From positions 96,001-160,000 of the forward strand of contig CAXXQS010000002.1 in NCBI GenBank assembly GCA_963674735.2: a DNA stretch of 64,000 nt, read 5' to 3'. Source of the DNA: Myxococcota bacterium. GTDB lineage: Bacteria > Myxococcota_A > SURF-8. A model generated the notes under the pieces. That model did no database searches and had not been told where the DNA came from. It worked only from the letters and a program-made list of their open reading frames with translations. Shown in pieces: positions 30,171 to 39,622 of the stretch. Position 1 is the first letter of the stretch; each line of letters starts with the position of its first letter. A program made the position numbers and the translations under genes.

Positions 30171-30935
30171 TTGAAAAGGATGAATAGCATGGTCAATGTC
30201 GGAACACTTGCTTTCGTTGCTGGAGCCACCGGCTATGTCGGCCAGTACGTGGTCCAACAACTGTCCAAACAGGAGATTTCCGTCGTGGCTCACATTCGTC
30301 CCGATTCCAAACGGTTGGATGAATGGTGCAAACGCTTGGAAATTCAAAACGTTCGGATCGATACCACCGTGTGGAGCGTGAAAGCCATGGCTGAAACCTT
30401 TCGCCGTCTACAGCCATCGGTCATCTTTTGCTTGATCGGCACCACACGCTCCCGAATGTCGAACTATCGCAAAGAAGGCCAGCCTGCAACTGAAGCATCT
30501 TATGAGGCCATCGATTATGGACTCACGCAGATCCTTATCGATGCTGCTCAGCAAGCGGATATACAACCGCAATTTGTCTATCTCTCCGCAATGGGAACCA
30601 GTCCCCAGGCCAAAGGGGCATACATGAAGGCCCGTTACAAGGCCGAGCAGGCAGTAATTTATAGCGATCTACCATATACGATCCTTCGTCCAGCCATCAT
30701 TACTGGTTCGGATCGCGAGGAATCCCGCTTGGCCGAACAATGGGGTGGAAAGATTCTGGACGGAATCCTCACTATCGGGAAGGTTTTGGGGTTCCGTTCA
30801 GCAGCGAACTATCGTTCCATCAGTGGAAAAGGTCTGGCGGACGTGTTGGTACAGGTAGTGCTGGATTCAGAGTTGGAGAATCGTATCATCGAGCGACAGG
30901 AGTTTGAAGGAGCGCGTTCAGCAGAATCCAAATGA
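30171..30935 (+). CDS. NAD(P)-binding atypical SDR / epimerase-like protein
   Basis: VAGATGYVG Rossmann motif; YLSAMG; ILRPA. Confidence 0.85.
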   Translation: MKRMNSMVNVGTLAFVAGATGYVGQYVVQQLSKQEISVVAHIRPDSKRLDEWCKRLEIQNVRIDTTVWSVKAMAETFRRLQPSVIFCLIGTTRSRMSNYRKEGQPATEASYEAIDYGLTQILIDAAQQADIQPQFVYLSAMGTSPQAKGAYMKARYKAEQAVIYSDLPYTILRPAIITGSDREESRLAEQWGGKILDGILTIGKVLGFRSAANYRSISGKGLADVLVQVVLDSELENRIIERQEFEGARSAESK

Positions 30936-30968
30936 AGGGGAGTCTCATCATGCTCGATATTATTTGCA

Positions 30969-31190
30969 AACGCCGTTTTCATTCTGAATCACATGTTGTA
31001 TCGAGGCTTCGATCTGCCTTCTGAGCGGCAATCGGAAATCGCGAACGCCAACCCGTATTTTCTGGAGCGGGCCGAACGGTGTCGAAAGGAAACGGGAAGC
31101 CTGCCCAACTTCGTGATCGTGGATTTCTATTTCATCGGCGACGTGTTTGATGTGGTGGATAGTCTTAGCGGAATCGCCTCGGCGAAGTGA
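30969..31190 (+). pseudogene. C-terminal fragment of a PI-PLC-like phosphodiesterase
   Basis: In frame with the 30993 ORF: NAVFILNHML...ERAERCRKETGSLPNFVIVDFYFIGDVFDVV; N-terminal catalytic part absent. Confidence 0.6.
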
Positions 31191-31213
31191 TCGGCAATTG
31201 AGAAGGAGAAAAC

Positions 31214-32191
31214 ATGCGTAAGTTCTGTGTCTTATTTCTCGTTATCTCTTGGGTCATCATGTTGCTTCCCGCATGTTCGGATGAATCCGACACGTCATCC
31301 GATCTCGATGGCGATACAGATTCGGAGTTTTTGGAGATGGAAGAAGAGTTCGAGAACGGAATCTCGGACGGGAATGAGATCGATGGAGATGAAGACTTCA
31401 CCGAGACAGAGACCGACATTTCAAGCGGAGAGTTTGGTTTATTGACCTACAACGTGGCGGGTCTTCCGGAAGGATTATCGTCCTCGAATCCGGAAGTCAA
31501 TATTCCCCAGATCAGCCCGATGCTCAATGCCTATGATATCGTTTTGGTTCAAGAAGACTTCTGGTATCATGAATTATTAATACAAGACCTGTCCCATCCC
31601 TACCAGTCGGAGCCGATGTGGGAGGAACCAGATTGGCTGAACATGGGGGATGGCTTGAACCGGTTTTCGATTTTCGAGTTCGGTGAGGTGTCTAGAGTAA
31701 CATGGGTCGAATGCAACGGGGATCTTGATTGCGCCAGCGACTGTATGACGACAAAGGGCTTCTCTATGGCGCGGACAAAGTTCCCCGGCGGTCTCACTGT
31801 AGACATCTACAATCTCCACATGGACGCCGGTCGCTGTGATGGCGATTATCTCGCCCGCGACAAAGGTATGGATCAGATGATCGACTACATCAAAGACTTT
31901 TCCGAAGGCAACGCGCTTCTGGTGGCAGGAGATTTCAACTTGCATTCAGACAATGATGCGGATGTAGAGTTATTGGAACGACTTATGGAGTCGTCAGATT
32001 TAACCGAACTCTGCCGACATTTCAACTGTGGGGGCGACTACATCGACCGTATCCTGTTTCGCAGTTCGGAGTCGATTCAACTGGAGCCGCTTTTGTGGGA
32101 AAGACCCGAAGGTTTCATCGATGTTCAAGGGGAGGACTTATCTGACCACCGACCGGTTCTCGGAAGATTTACGTGGAGCAGGATTGACTAA
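31214..32191 (+). CDS. Endonuclease/exonuclease/phosphatase lipoprotein (sphingomyelinase-like)
   Basis: Lipobox LPAC; TYNVAGLP, VQEDF, KGF, NLHMDAG, AGDFN, IDRI, SDH. Confidence 0.85.
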   Translation: MRKFCVLFLVISWVIMLLPACSDESDTSSDLDGDTDSEFLEMEEEFENGISDGNEIDGDEDFTETETDISSGEFGLLTYNVAGLPEGLSSSNPEVNIPQISPMLNAYDIVLVQEDFWYHELLIQDLSHPYQSEPMWEEPDWLNMGDGLNRFSIFEFGEVSRVTWVECNGDLDCASDCMTTKGFSMARTKFPGGLTVDIYNLHMDAGRCDGDYLARDKGMDQMIDYIKDFSEGNALLVAGDFNLHSDNDADVELLERLMESSDLTELCRHFNCGGDYIDRILFRSSESIQLEPLLWERPEGFIDVQGEDLSDHRPVLGRFTWSRID

Positions 32192-32269
32192 GGAAACGAT
32201 CCACCACGACAATCAAAACACCTCTGCGATATAGTTGGTTGATCCTCTTGTACGACCATTCTATTCGCC

Positions 32270-32505
32270 TGCCTGCCCCCTGAGCCGAATCCAGTTTTGG
32301 AGTTAGAATTTTACTGGATCGGACTGCTCCCCATTTGTGTACCATAATGCATGAGAATTTTCGCTGGTAAAATCGCCATTGCAGAGCGCTTGCCCAGCCG
32401 GATAATCACCAAATCTGGTGTAGGTGTCGATCAGTGTCAAAACCCGCAGCTTGCGCCCATCGAAAAGCTGATCCGAAACAAAATCCATCGCCCAGACATC
32501 ATTCC
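32270..32505 (-). mobile_element. IS3-family transposase remnant with right end
   Basis: WAMDFVSDQLFDGRKLRVLTLIDTYTR integrase-core fragment; about 65-bp end closely matches 24490-24555. Confidence 0.8.
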
Positions 32506-32509
32506 GACC

Positions 32510-32839
32510 CACCGCTTGCGGACAGCCTGCCAGCAGGCCGGGGTTCAAAGGGTTACACTACACGACCTGCGGCACGTCTGCGGGTCGAACCTGATGATGA
32601 CAGGTGGTGTTGCCGTTGCCTAGGCGGTTCTCGGTCACAGTCAGATCAACACGACAGTGGACATCTACGGTCACTTGAACTCAGCCTACCTCGTTCGTCA
32701 AATCGAACTGGCCAACAGACTCGGTGAGAAGGGAAAACGATTGGTCGAACTGGCTGAAAAATATGCCAACCATGACGACCCAGAAATCAGGGAACTGGCT
32801 GTCCTTTCCGAGCAAGTTTGTCAAATTTTGTCAATTTGA
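32510..32839 (+). pseudogene. Tyrosine integrase C-terminal remnant
   Basis: ACQQAGVQRVTLHDLRH...VA*AVLGHSQINTTVDIYGH with in-frame TAG at 32621; 5' part replaced by the IS3 remnant; next to the tRNA-Val 3' end. Confidence 0.82.
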
Positions 32840-32841
32840 AA

Positions 32842-32876
32842 GAAAAAAGGACTTGGCCGAGGTGGCTAAGTCCTTG
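32842..32876 (-). terminator. Intrinsic terminator downstream of tRNA-Val
   Basis: AAGGACTTAGCC-ACCTC-GGCCAAGTCCTT followed by a T-tract. Confidence 0.8.
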
Positions 32877-32883
32877 TAATGAT

Positions 32884-32958
32884 TGGTGGGCGATGGCAGA
32901 TTTGAACTGCCGACTTCTACCGTGTGAAGGTAGCACTCTACCGCTGAGTTAATCGCCC
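32884..32958 (-). tRNA. tRNA-Val(CAC)
   Basis: GGGCGATTAACTCAGCGGTAGAG...CTACC-TTCACAC-GGTAG...GTTCAAATC...CGCCCACCA. Confidence 0.95.
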
Positions 32959-32995
32959 GAACTCTATATTCAAAGACCGGTTGGCCCGTTGCAAC

Positions 32996-33072
32996 TGGTG
33001 GGCGACGCCGGATTCGAACCGGCGGCCTTTGGCTTCGGAGGCCAACACTCTATCCAGCTGAGCTAGTCGCCC
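32996..33072 (-). tRNA. tRNA-Arg(CCG)
   Basis: GGGCGACTAGCTCAGCTGGATAGAG...TTGGC-CTCCGAA-GCCAA...GTTCGAATCC...CGCCCACCA. Confidence 0.95.
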
Positions 33073-33464
33073 GCAAGGCGTCATTATTTACCATTCCTGG
33101 ATTAAAGGGTCAAGAAAAAAGTGGGCCCCGCATTGATTTTGGAAAACCGCTAAATCAGTGAAATAACGAAATTTTATAACGGCTTCCAGCTTGTTTCAAT
33201 TGCGCGTGATGTGGACGGAAAACGCAAGTCGGTCCGACGGGTCGAGACCGGGAAAACGTGGAGAATCGCAACTCGGATTTTCACGCAGGCGCGACGACAC
33301 CCGCCACACAACATCTAACCGAAATGATTGCCAAATCCCTTGCAAAACCTCTGCGCATGGGATATTCTTCATACGGTGCGTATTTAAGATTCCGACCAAA
33401 AGCCTTATCCGCCTTTCTCGTTTGGGGAGTGAGTTGCGGATCGTATACCCATCGGAGTCACACC

Positions 33465-34310
33465 ATGCCGGACCGGGAAGCCATCAAAAGGCGTAGCGCT
33501 TTGCGGCTGCGTGACGGATATTGGAGCCGAATCGACGACCAGGTCGCCGTCGAAGCGCCGCTGGGATTTGTCGTAAATGGTCGATACCTGACCACCACTC
33601 TGCGCAGCCCCGGTGACGATCGGGTTTTAGCCTTCGGCTATGCTTTCTCGGCCGGGCTCATCCAAACTCCCGATGACGTTCAATCCATGGAATTCACCGA
33701 CAATAACAGGGGCCGAACCGTTGCCCTCACCCTACGAAAACCGCTGGCGGAAAACCCATTCGGCGAACCCCGTCCCAGCTCTCAACCGGACGTGATCGCA
33801 GACATTGTCCAGCGTTCCTGCAAAGTCAAACGCCTGCTGCGCCTGAATCCGGAGCTGTTGGATCAGTGCCGCAACCAGATGGAAGACCGCCAACGCCTCT
33901 TCACGCCGACTGGGTCCACCCACGCCGCGGCGCTCTTCGACGAGTCGGGCCGACTGCTCGCGCTGGGCGAGGATGTCGGCCGCCACAACGCCTTCGATAA
34001 AGCCATCGGACAGGCGCTGCTGGACAAGACTCTGTCACGGGCCGCTATCGGCTTTTTGTCGTCGCGGGCGGGATTCGAAATGGTGGCCAAGGGCGTGGCG
34101 ATCAACCTGAGCGTTCTGGCCTGCACCTCCGGTCCGACCGGTCTGGCCATCGAACTGGCCGAAGCGGCCGGGCTGACGCTCGTTGCGTTTGTCCGTCCGG
34201 GCGGAATGACCGTTTTCAGCGGTGCCGCCCGCCTGGCCATCCCGGTTGAAACCGCAGCGGCGACACCGGCGGACATTTGCCGACCGGCGGCGAATGGAGA
34301 AGGAAAATAA
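33465..34310 (+). CDS. fdhD: Formate dehydrogenase accessory sulfurtransferase FdhD
   Basis: VAVEAPL, TGSTHAAA, EDVGRHNAFDKAIG, SSRAGFEMVAK, PTGLA; start ATG 33465 after GGAG. Confidence 0.9.
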   Translation: MPDREAIKRRSALRLRDGYWSRIDDQVAVEAPLGFVVNGRYLTTTLRSPGDDRVLAFGYAFSAGLIQTPDDVQSMEFTDNNRGRTVALTLRKPLAENPFGEPRPSSQPDVIADIVQRSCKVKRLLRLNPELLDQCRNQMEDRQRLFTPTGSTHAAALFDESGRLLALGEDVGRHNAFDKAIGQALLDKTLSRAAIGFLSSRAGFEMVAKGVAINLSVLACTSGPTGLAIELAEAAGLTLVAFVRPGGMTVFSGAARLAIPVETAAATPADICRPAANGEGK

Positions 34311-34393
34311 ACTCGACCTTTTTACGTCGTTCTCATCACGACCTGGAATTGATATTGCGATTGTTTGAGAATCATTGAACCGAAGGAGGAGCC

Positions 34394-37126
34394 ATGCAGA
34401 TCACCATTGATGGCCGCACACTCACGGCGAGTGAGGGGCAAACCGTGCTGGAGGTGGCCCGCGCAAACGGAATCTATATTCCGTCTTTGTGCTGGCATGC
34501 CAAAACCGGCCCGGCCTCCCGTTGCCGGGTATGCGTCGTCGAAATCGAAGGCGCACGCGGATTGCAAACATCCTGCTCAGTCCCGGCACGCAATGAGATG
34601 GTCGTCCGAACCGACACCGAACGCGTTCGCAACGCCCAGCGCATGATTGTGATGAACCTGCTTTCGAACGGGCACCACAACTGTCTGGCCTGCGAGCAGA
34701 ACGGGCGCTGCGAGTTGCAGGACACCGCCTACTGGCTGGGCATCAAAACCTGGGAAGTCATCCCCGAGCCGGAGCAGCCGAAGGACGGCAGCTCACCCAT
34801 GCTGGTGATGAATCCCAATAAATGCATCGCCTGCGGCCGCTGCATCGCCGCCTGTCACGAGGTGGTCGGCAACGAAGTGCTCACCTTCGCCCAACGCGGA
34901 TACAACACCAAGGTTGTCTGCGACATGGGCGTTCCGATGAAAGACAGCTCCTGCGTACAATGCGGCGAATGCGCGCAGGTTTGTCCCACAGCTGCCATCA
35001 TCGAAAAGAAGGCCATCAACACCGGGCGCGAATGGGAACTCGACAAGGTGGACACCACCTGCGCTTACTGCGGCGTCGGCTGTCAGCTGACCCTGCATGT
35101 CGACAAAGCCAAAAACCGCATCGCGCGCGTTTCGGGCCGGGAAGGCATCCCCCCCAACGACGGCATGCTGTGCGTGAAGGGCCGCTTCGCCTACGACTTT
35201 CCGTCCAGCCCTAAACGACTCACACGGCCCCTGATCAAAAAGAACGGAGCCCATGTGGAAGTCAGTTGGGACGAAGCCCTCAATTTCACCGCCAAGCGGT
35301 TGACCGAAATCAAGGAAAAGCACGGTCCGGGCGCGTTCGCATCGATTTCCTGCGCCCGCACGACCAATGAGAACAACTATGCGATGATGAAATTCACGCG
35401 CGCAGTGATGGGGACGAATAACGTCGATCACTGCGCACGTACTTGACACGCTCCGACGGTCGCCGGTCTGGCGGCAAGCTTTGGTTCCGGAGCGATGACG
35501 AACTCCATCCGTGAGTTGGAGGACGCCAAACTGATTTTCGTGATCGGGTCCAACACCACCGAGGCGCACCCGGTCATTTCGTATTACATGAAGCGTGCCC
35601 GCAAAAAGGGCGCGACGATCATCGTCAACGATCCGCGCAAGATCGATCTGACGCGCTGGGCCGATCTGTATGTCCGCATCAAGCCGGGCACGGACGTGGC
35701 TTATCTCAACGGATTGATGCGCGAGATCATCGTCAATGGCTGGCAGGACGAAGCCTACATTCAGTCTTTCACCGAGGATTACGACGCCCTGCACCAAACG
35801 GTGATGACCTATACCCTCGATCGAACGAGCGAGATCACCGGAGTTCCGCAGGAAACGATCAGAAAGGTGGCCCGTCTGCTGGGCGAAGCGGATGTTTCGT
35901 CGCTGGTCTATACCCTCGGCATCACCGAGCACACCTGCGGCACCGACAACGTCAAGAGCTGCGCCAACCTGCAATTGTTGTTGGGTAACGTGGGCAAATA
36001 CGCGGGCGGCGTCAACCCCTTGCGCGGCCAGAACAACGTTCAGGGCGCCTGCGACATGGGCGCTTTGCCGAACGTCTATCATTGCTATCAGAAAGTGGAT
36101 GATCCCAAGGCAAAGGCGAAATTCGAAAAGGCCTGGGGCGTCGAGAATCTGGACGACAAACCCGGCCTGATGATCCCCGACATGTTCTATGGTGCGCTGG
36201 ATGGGTCGGTCAAGTGCCTGTACGTCTACGGTGAAAACGTGGTGCTGACGGAACCGAACATCGCCCACACCAAGAAATGTCTGGAAGCCTGCGAGTTCAT
36301 CATTTCCGGCGAAATCTTCCCCAACGAAAGCACCCCCTACGCCGATGTCATCCTGCCGGATCTGGCTTGGGGTGAAGAAGACGGCACGTTTACCAATTCC
36401 GAACGGCGCGTGCAGCGTGTGCGGGCCGCCCTGAAAGGACCGGGCGAGGCACGCTCGCACTGGTGGTGGCTCAACGAACTGGGTAAACGCATGGGCGTGG
36501 ATATGGGATTCGACAGTTCCCAGGCGGTCTGGGAAGAAATCCGCGAACTGGGCCCGAGCGTTCACGGCATCACCTGGCCGCGCATCGAGGATATCGGCCT
36601 GCAATGGCCCTGCCCGACCGAGGAGCATCCGGGTACCGAATACCTGCACCGCGACGGCAACATCGTGCGCGGCAAAGGCCTGTTCCAGTCCATCGAGTAT
36701 CGCCCCCCGGCGGAAACCCCCGACGACGAATACCCGTTGTGGCTATCCACCGGACGGCGTCTGTGGCATTACCATACCGTTCAAACTCATCACTGCGATG
36801 GCATTCACGATCTGTGCGGCGAGGAATGGCTGGAGCTCAGTCCCGCCGACGCCGATCGATTGAAGGTCAAAACCGGCGACACGGTCAAGGCGGCTTCGCG
36901 GCGCGGCGAGATCAGCCTCAAAGCCTGGGTCACCGACCGTTCTCCGGAAGGCGTGTGCTGGACAAGCTTCCACTTCGCCAAGGCCTGCGGCAATGCGTTA
37001 ACCAACGACGTATTCGACCCGGTTACGAAAACGGCGGAATACAAGGTCTGCGCCATCAAGGTCGAGAAAATCGCCGATGGCGACCCCGCCGTCGAGGTCG
37101 GTCCGCGCAGACAGGCCCGGCCGTAA
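34394..37126 (+). CDS. fdhA: Selenocysteine-containing formate dehydrogenase alpha subunit with N-terminal Fe-S domains (910 aa)
   Basis: The two track ORFs are in frame across TGA 35444-35446 in HCART-U-HAPTVAGL; CAYCGVGC, LRGQNNVQG; N-terminal 2Fe-2S and 4Fe-4S motifs. Confidence 0.93.
35447..35494 (+). promoter_or_regulatory. Bacterial SECIS hairpin
   Basis: Directly after TGA: lower stem CGCTCCG..CGGAGCG, apical GTCGCC-GGTCT-GGCGGC, resembling fdhF-type SECIS. Confidence 0.85.
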
Positions 37127-37185
37127 CCCGGGTGGCAAAGGAGCTTTTCGCAGGATAGATTCGAACATATGGAACAGGTAAAGCC

Positions 37186-37635
37186 ATGAACGGAGTCGAT
37201 ACAGTTCTCACAAGGCATCCGGACGCCAGTTCGGACAGCCTGATTGCCATCCTCCAGGAAGTCCAGGAGGAAGAAGGCTATCTCTCCCCGGATTCGATGT
37301 ACCGGATCAGCACACATCTGGATATGCCCGCCAGCAAAGTATACGGCGTGGCGACTTTTTACAATGGTTTCCGTTTCAGCCCGATCGGAGAACACAATAT
37401 CGTGGTGTGTCGCGGAACGGCCTGTCATGTCAAAGGCTCGGCGCGTGTCCTCGACTCGCTTCAACAGGAACTCGGCATCGAGCCCGGAGAAGTCACCGAA
37501 GACGGCAAATTCAGCCTCGAAGTCGTTGCCTGTATCGGTGCCTGCGGTCTGGCCCCGGTGATCACCATCGGCGGACAGACCGTCGGCGAGGTACAACCCA
37601 GAAAAGTCAAAAAAATCCTGGGGGGCATAAAATGA
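37186..37635 (+). CDS. NuoE/HydC-like 2Fe-2S subunit
   Basis: VYGVATFY, CRGTACH, CIGACGLAP. Confidence 0.92.
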   Translation: MNGVDTVLTRHPDASSDSLIAILQEVQEEEGYLSPDSMYRISTHLDMPASKVYGVATFYNGFRFSPIGEHNIVVCRGTACHVKGSARVLDSLQQELGIEPGEVTEDGKFSLEVVACIGACGLAPVITIGGQTVGEVQPRKVKKILGGIK

Positions 37636-39542
37636 AAATAGAAAAACCATCGGATATCAGAGACATCCAGGAGTTGATGACCTCGCGGGATGGCCGCATC
37701 GCGCGCCGGGTCATGGTCTGCGCCGGAACCGGCTGCGTGGCGAGCGGATCGCTTGACGTCTACAAGGAATTGGTACGACTGTCGAAGGAAGCCGGACTGC
37801 CGGTCACCGTCACCTTCGATAAGCACGAGCATAAAAAAGACGATTCCAACGAAGAGTTGTATATCGCCAAGAGCGGCTGCCACGGTTTCTGCCAAATGGG
37901 ACCGCTGGTGCACGTCATGCCCGACGATATTCTGTACTGCAAAGTCAAAGCCGCCGACGCCGAGGAGATCGTCCAAAATACCCTGACCACCGGCGAGGCG
38001 GTGGAGCGGCTGCTTTACACCGACCCGGTCAGCGGCGAGCATCGGCGCGGGCGCGGCGACATTCCCTTCTACGCCGGACAATCGCGCGTCGTTTTGGGAC
38101 GCTGCGGAGTGATGGACCCGGAAAGCATCGGCGAATACATCGCGTCGGGCGGATTCGAGGGTCTGGCCAAATGCCTCTCGAAATACAGCCCCGAGCAGGT
38201 CGCGGAGGAAATGGTGGAATCGGGCCTGCGCGGCCGCGGCGGCGCGGGTTTCCCGACCGGCATCAAATGGCGTTTCGCCAACCGGGAGAAAGCGGACAAG
38301 AAATACGTGATCTGCAACGGTGACGAAGGCGACCCGGGAGCCTTCATGGACCGCTCCCTGATGGAGGGCGATCCCTTCGCCGTGCTGGAAGGATTGGCGA
38401 CGGCCGCCTACGCCATCGGCGCGCAATTCGGCTACCTCTACATTCGCCAAGAATATCCGCTGGCCATCGCGCGCGTACAAAAAGCGATCGAGACCATGCG
38501 CGAAGTCGGTCTTTTGGGCGAACACATCATGGGGACGGACTTCTCGTTCGACTGCAAAATCAAAAAGGGCGCGGGCGCGTTCGTCTGCGGCGAAGAGACG
38601 GCGCTCATTCACAGCATCGAAGGCAAGCGCGGCGAGCCGCGTCCCCGACCGCCCTTCCCGGCCCAAAGCGGAGCCTTCGGCAAACCCACCATCATCAACA
38701 ACGTCGAAACCCTGGTCAACATCCCCAGCATCATGGCCAAAGGCGCGAGTTGGTACAACGCCGTCGGCACCGAATCGAGCAAGGGAACCAAAGTCTTCGC
38801 CTTGACCGGCAAGATCAACCGCACCGGACTGGTTGAAGTGGCCATGGGAACCACGGTGCGTAAAATCATCGAGGAGATCGGCGGCGGCATACAAGGCGGC
38901 AAAGCCTTCAAGGCGGTGCAGATGGGCGGTCCTTCGGGCGGTTGCGTCGACGCCGCTCACATGGACATCGAGATCGACTACGAGTCGCTAAAAGCCGTGG
39001 GAGCCATGATGGGCTCGGGCGGCATGGTGGTCATGGATGAAGACAACTGCATCGTCGATGTGGCCAAATTCTTTATGGACTTCATCCAACGTGAAAGCTG
39101 CGGCAAATGCGTTCCCTGCCGCATCGGCACCAAGCGGATGCTGGAGATGCTCACCCAAATAACCGAAAACGATTTCACCGATCAGGAGGCCGGTGAGTTG
39201 ATCGGCAAACTGGAAGCACAGGCGCAAGTCACCCAGGACGCCAGCTTGTGCGGTCTGGGTCAAACCGCCCCCAACCCGGTGCTCTCCACCCTGCGCTGGT
39301 TCCGCGAAGAATACGAAGCGCACCTGCATCAGCGCACCTGCCCGGCCAAGGTGTGCAACAAGCTGCTGACCTTCTCCATCGATGCCGAAACCTGCATCGG
39401 CTGTTCGATCTGCGCCAAACGCTGCCCGGTCGAAGCGATTGTGGGCGAGAAAAAGAAACCCCACGAAATCATCGAAGCCAAATGCATCAAGTGCGGGAGC
39501 TGCTTCACCGTCTGCCCGAAAGGAGCGGTGGTCGCGCAATAG
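37632..39542 (+). CDS. NuoF/HydB-like NADH/FMN-binding subunit with extra Fe-S clusters
   Basis: ATG 37632 overlaps the upstream stop (ATGA); GLRGRGGAGFP, NGDEGDPGAFMD, GGPSGG, ESCGKCVPC, two C-terminal CxxCxxCxxxCP. Confidence 0.92.
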   Translation: MKIEKPSDIRDIQELMTSRDGRIARRVMVCAGTGCVASGSLDVYKELVRLSKEAGLPVTVTFDKHEHKKDDSNEELYIAKSGCHGFCQMGPLVHVMPDDILYCKVKAADAEEIVQNTLTTGEAVERLLYTDPVSGEHRRGRGDIPFYAGQSRVVLGRCGVMDPESIGEYIASGGFEGLAKCLSKYSPEQVAEEMVESGLRGRGGAGFPTGIKWRFANREKADKKYVICNGDEGDPGAFMDRSLMEGDPFAVLEGLATAAYAIGAQFGYLYIRQEYPLAIARVQKAIETMREVGLLGEHIMGTDFSFDCKIKKGAGAFVCGEETALIHSIEGKRGEPRPRPPFPAQSGAFGKPTIINNVETLVNIPSIMAKGASWYNAVGTESSKGTKVFALTGKINRTGLVEVAMGTTVRKIIEEIGGGIQGGKAFKAVQMGGPSGGCVDAAHMDIEIDYESLKAVGAMMGSGGMVVMDEDNCIVDVAKFFMDFIQRESCGKCVPCRIGTKRMLEMLTQITENDFTDQEAGELIGKLEAQAQVTQDASLCGLGQTAPNPVLSTLRWFREEYEAHLHQRTCPAKVCNKLLTFSIDAETCIGCSICAKRCPVEAIVGEKKKPHEIIEAKCIKCGSCFTVCPKGAVVAQ

Positions 39543-39562
39543 GTGCCGGATTCCCAACAAGC

Positions 39563-39593
39563 AACGCCCGTCTCGTGTGAGGCGGGCGTTTTC
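39563..39593 (+). terminator. Terminator hairpin between convergent genes
   Basis: AACGCCCGTCTC-GTGT-GAGGCGGGCGTT-TT. Confidence 0.7.
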
Positions 39594-39622
39594 GATTGCG
39601 TCGTGGGTTCATAACCCACCGG

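Noticed and set aside
32621-32623. In-frame TAG as pyrrolysine or readthrough
   Set aside because: The gene is also 5'-truncated by an IS remnant; a CAG-to-TAG nonsense change is simpler
35444-35446. fdhA as a pseudogene or split gene
   Set aside because: TGA is at the catalytic Sec position and is followed by a SECIS
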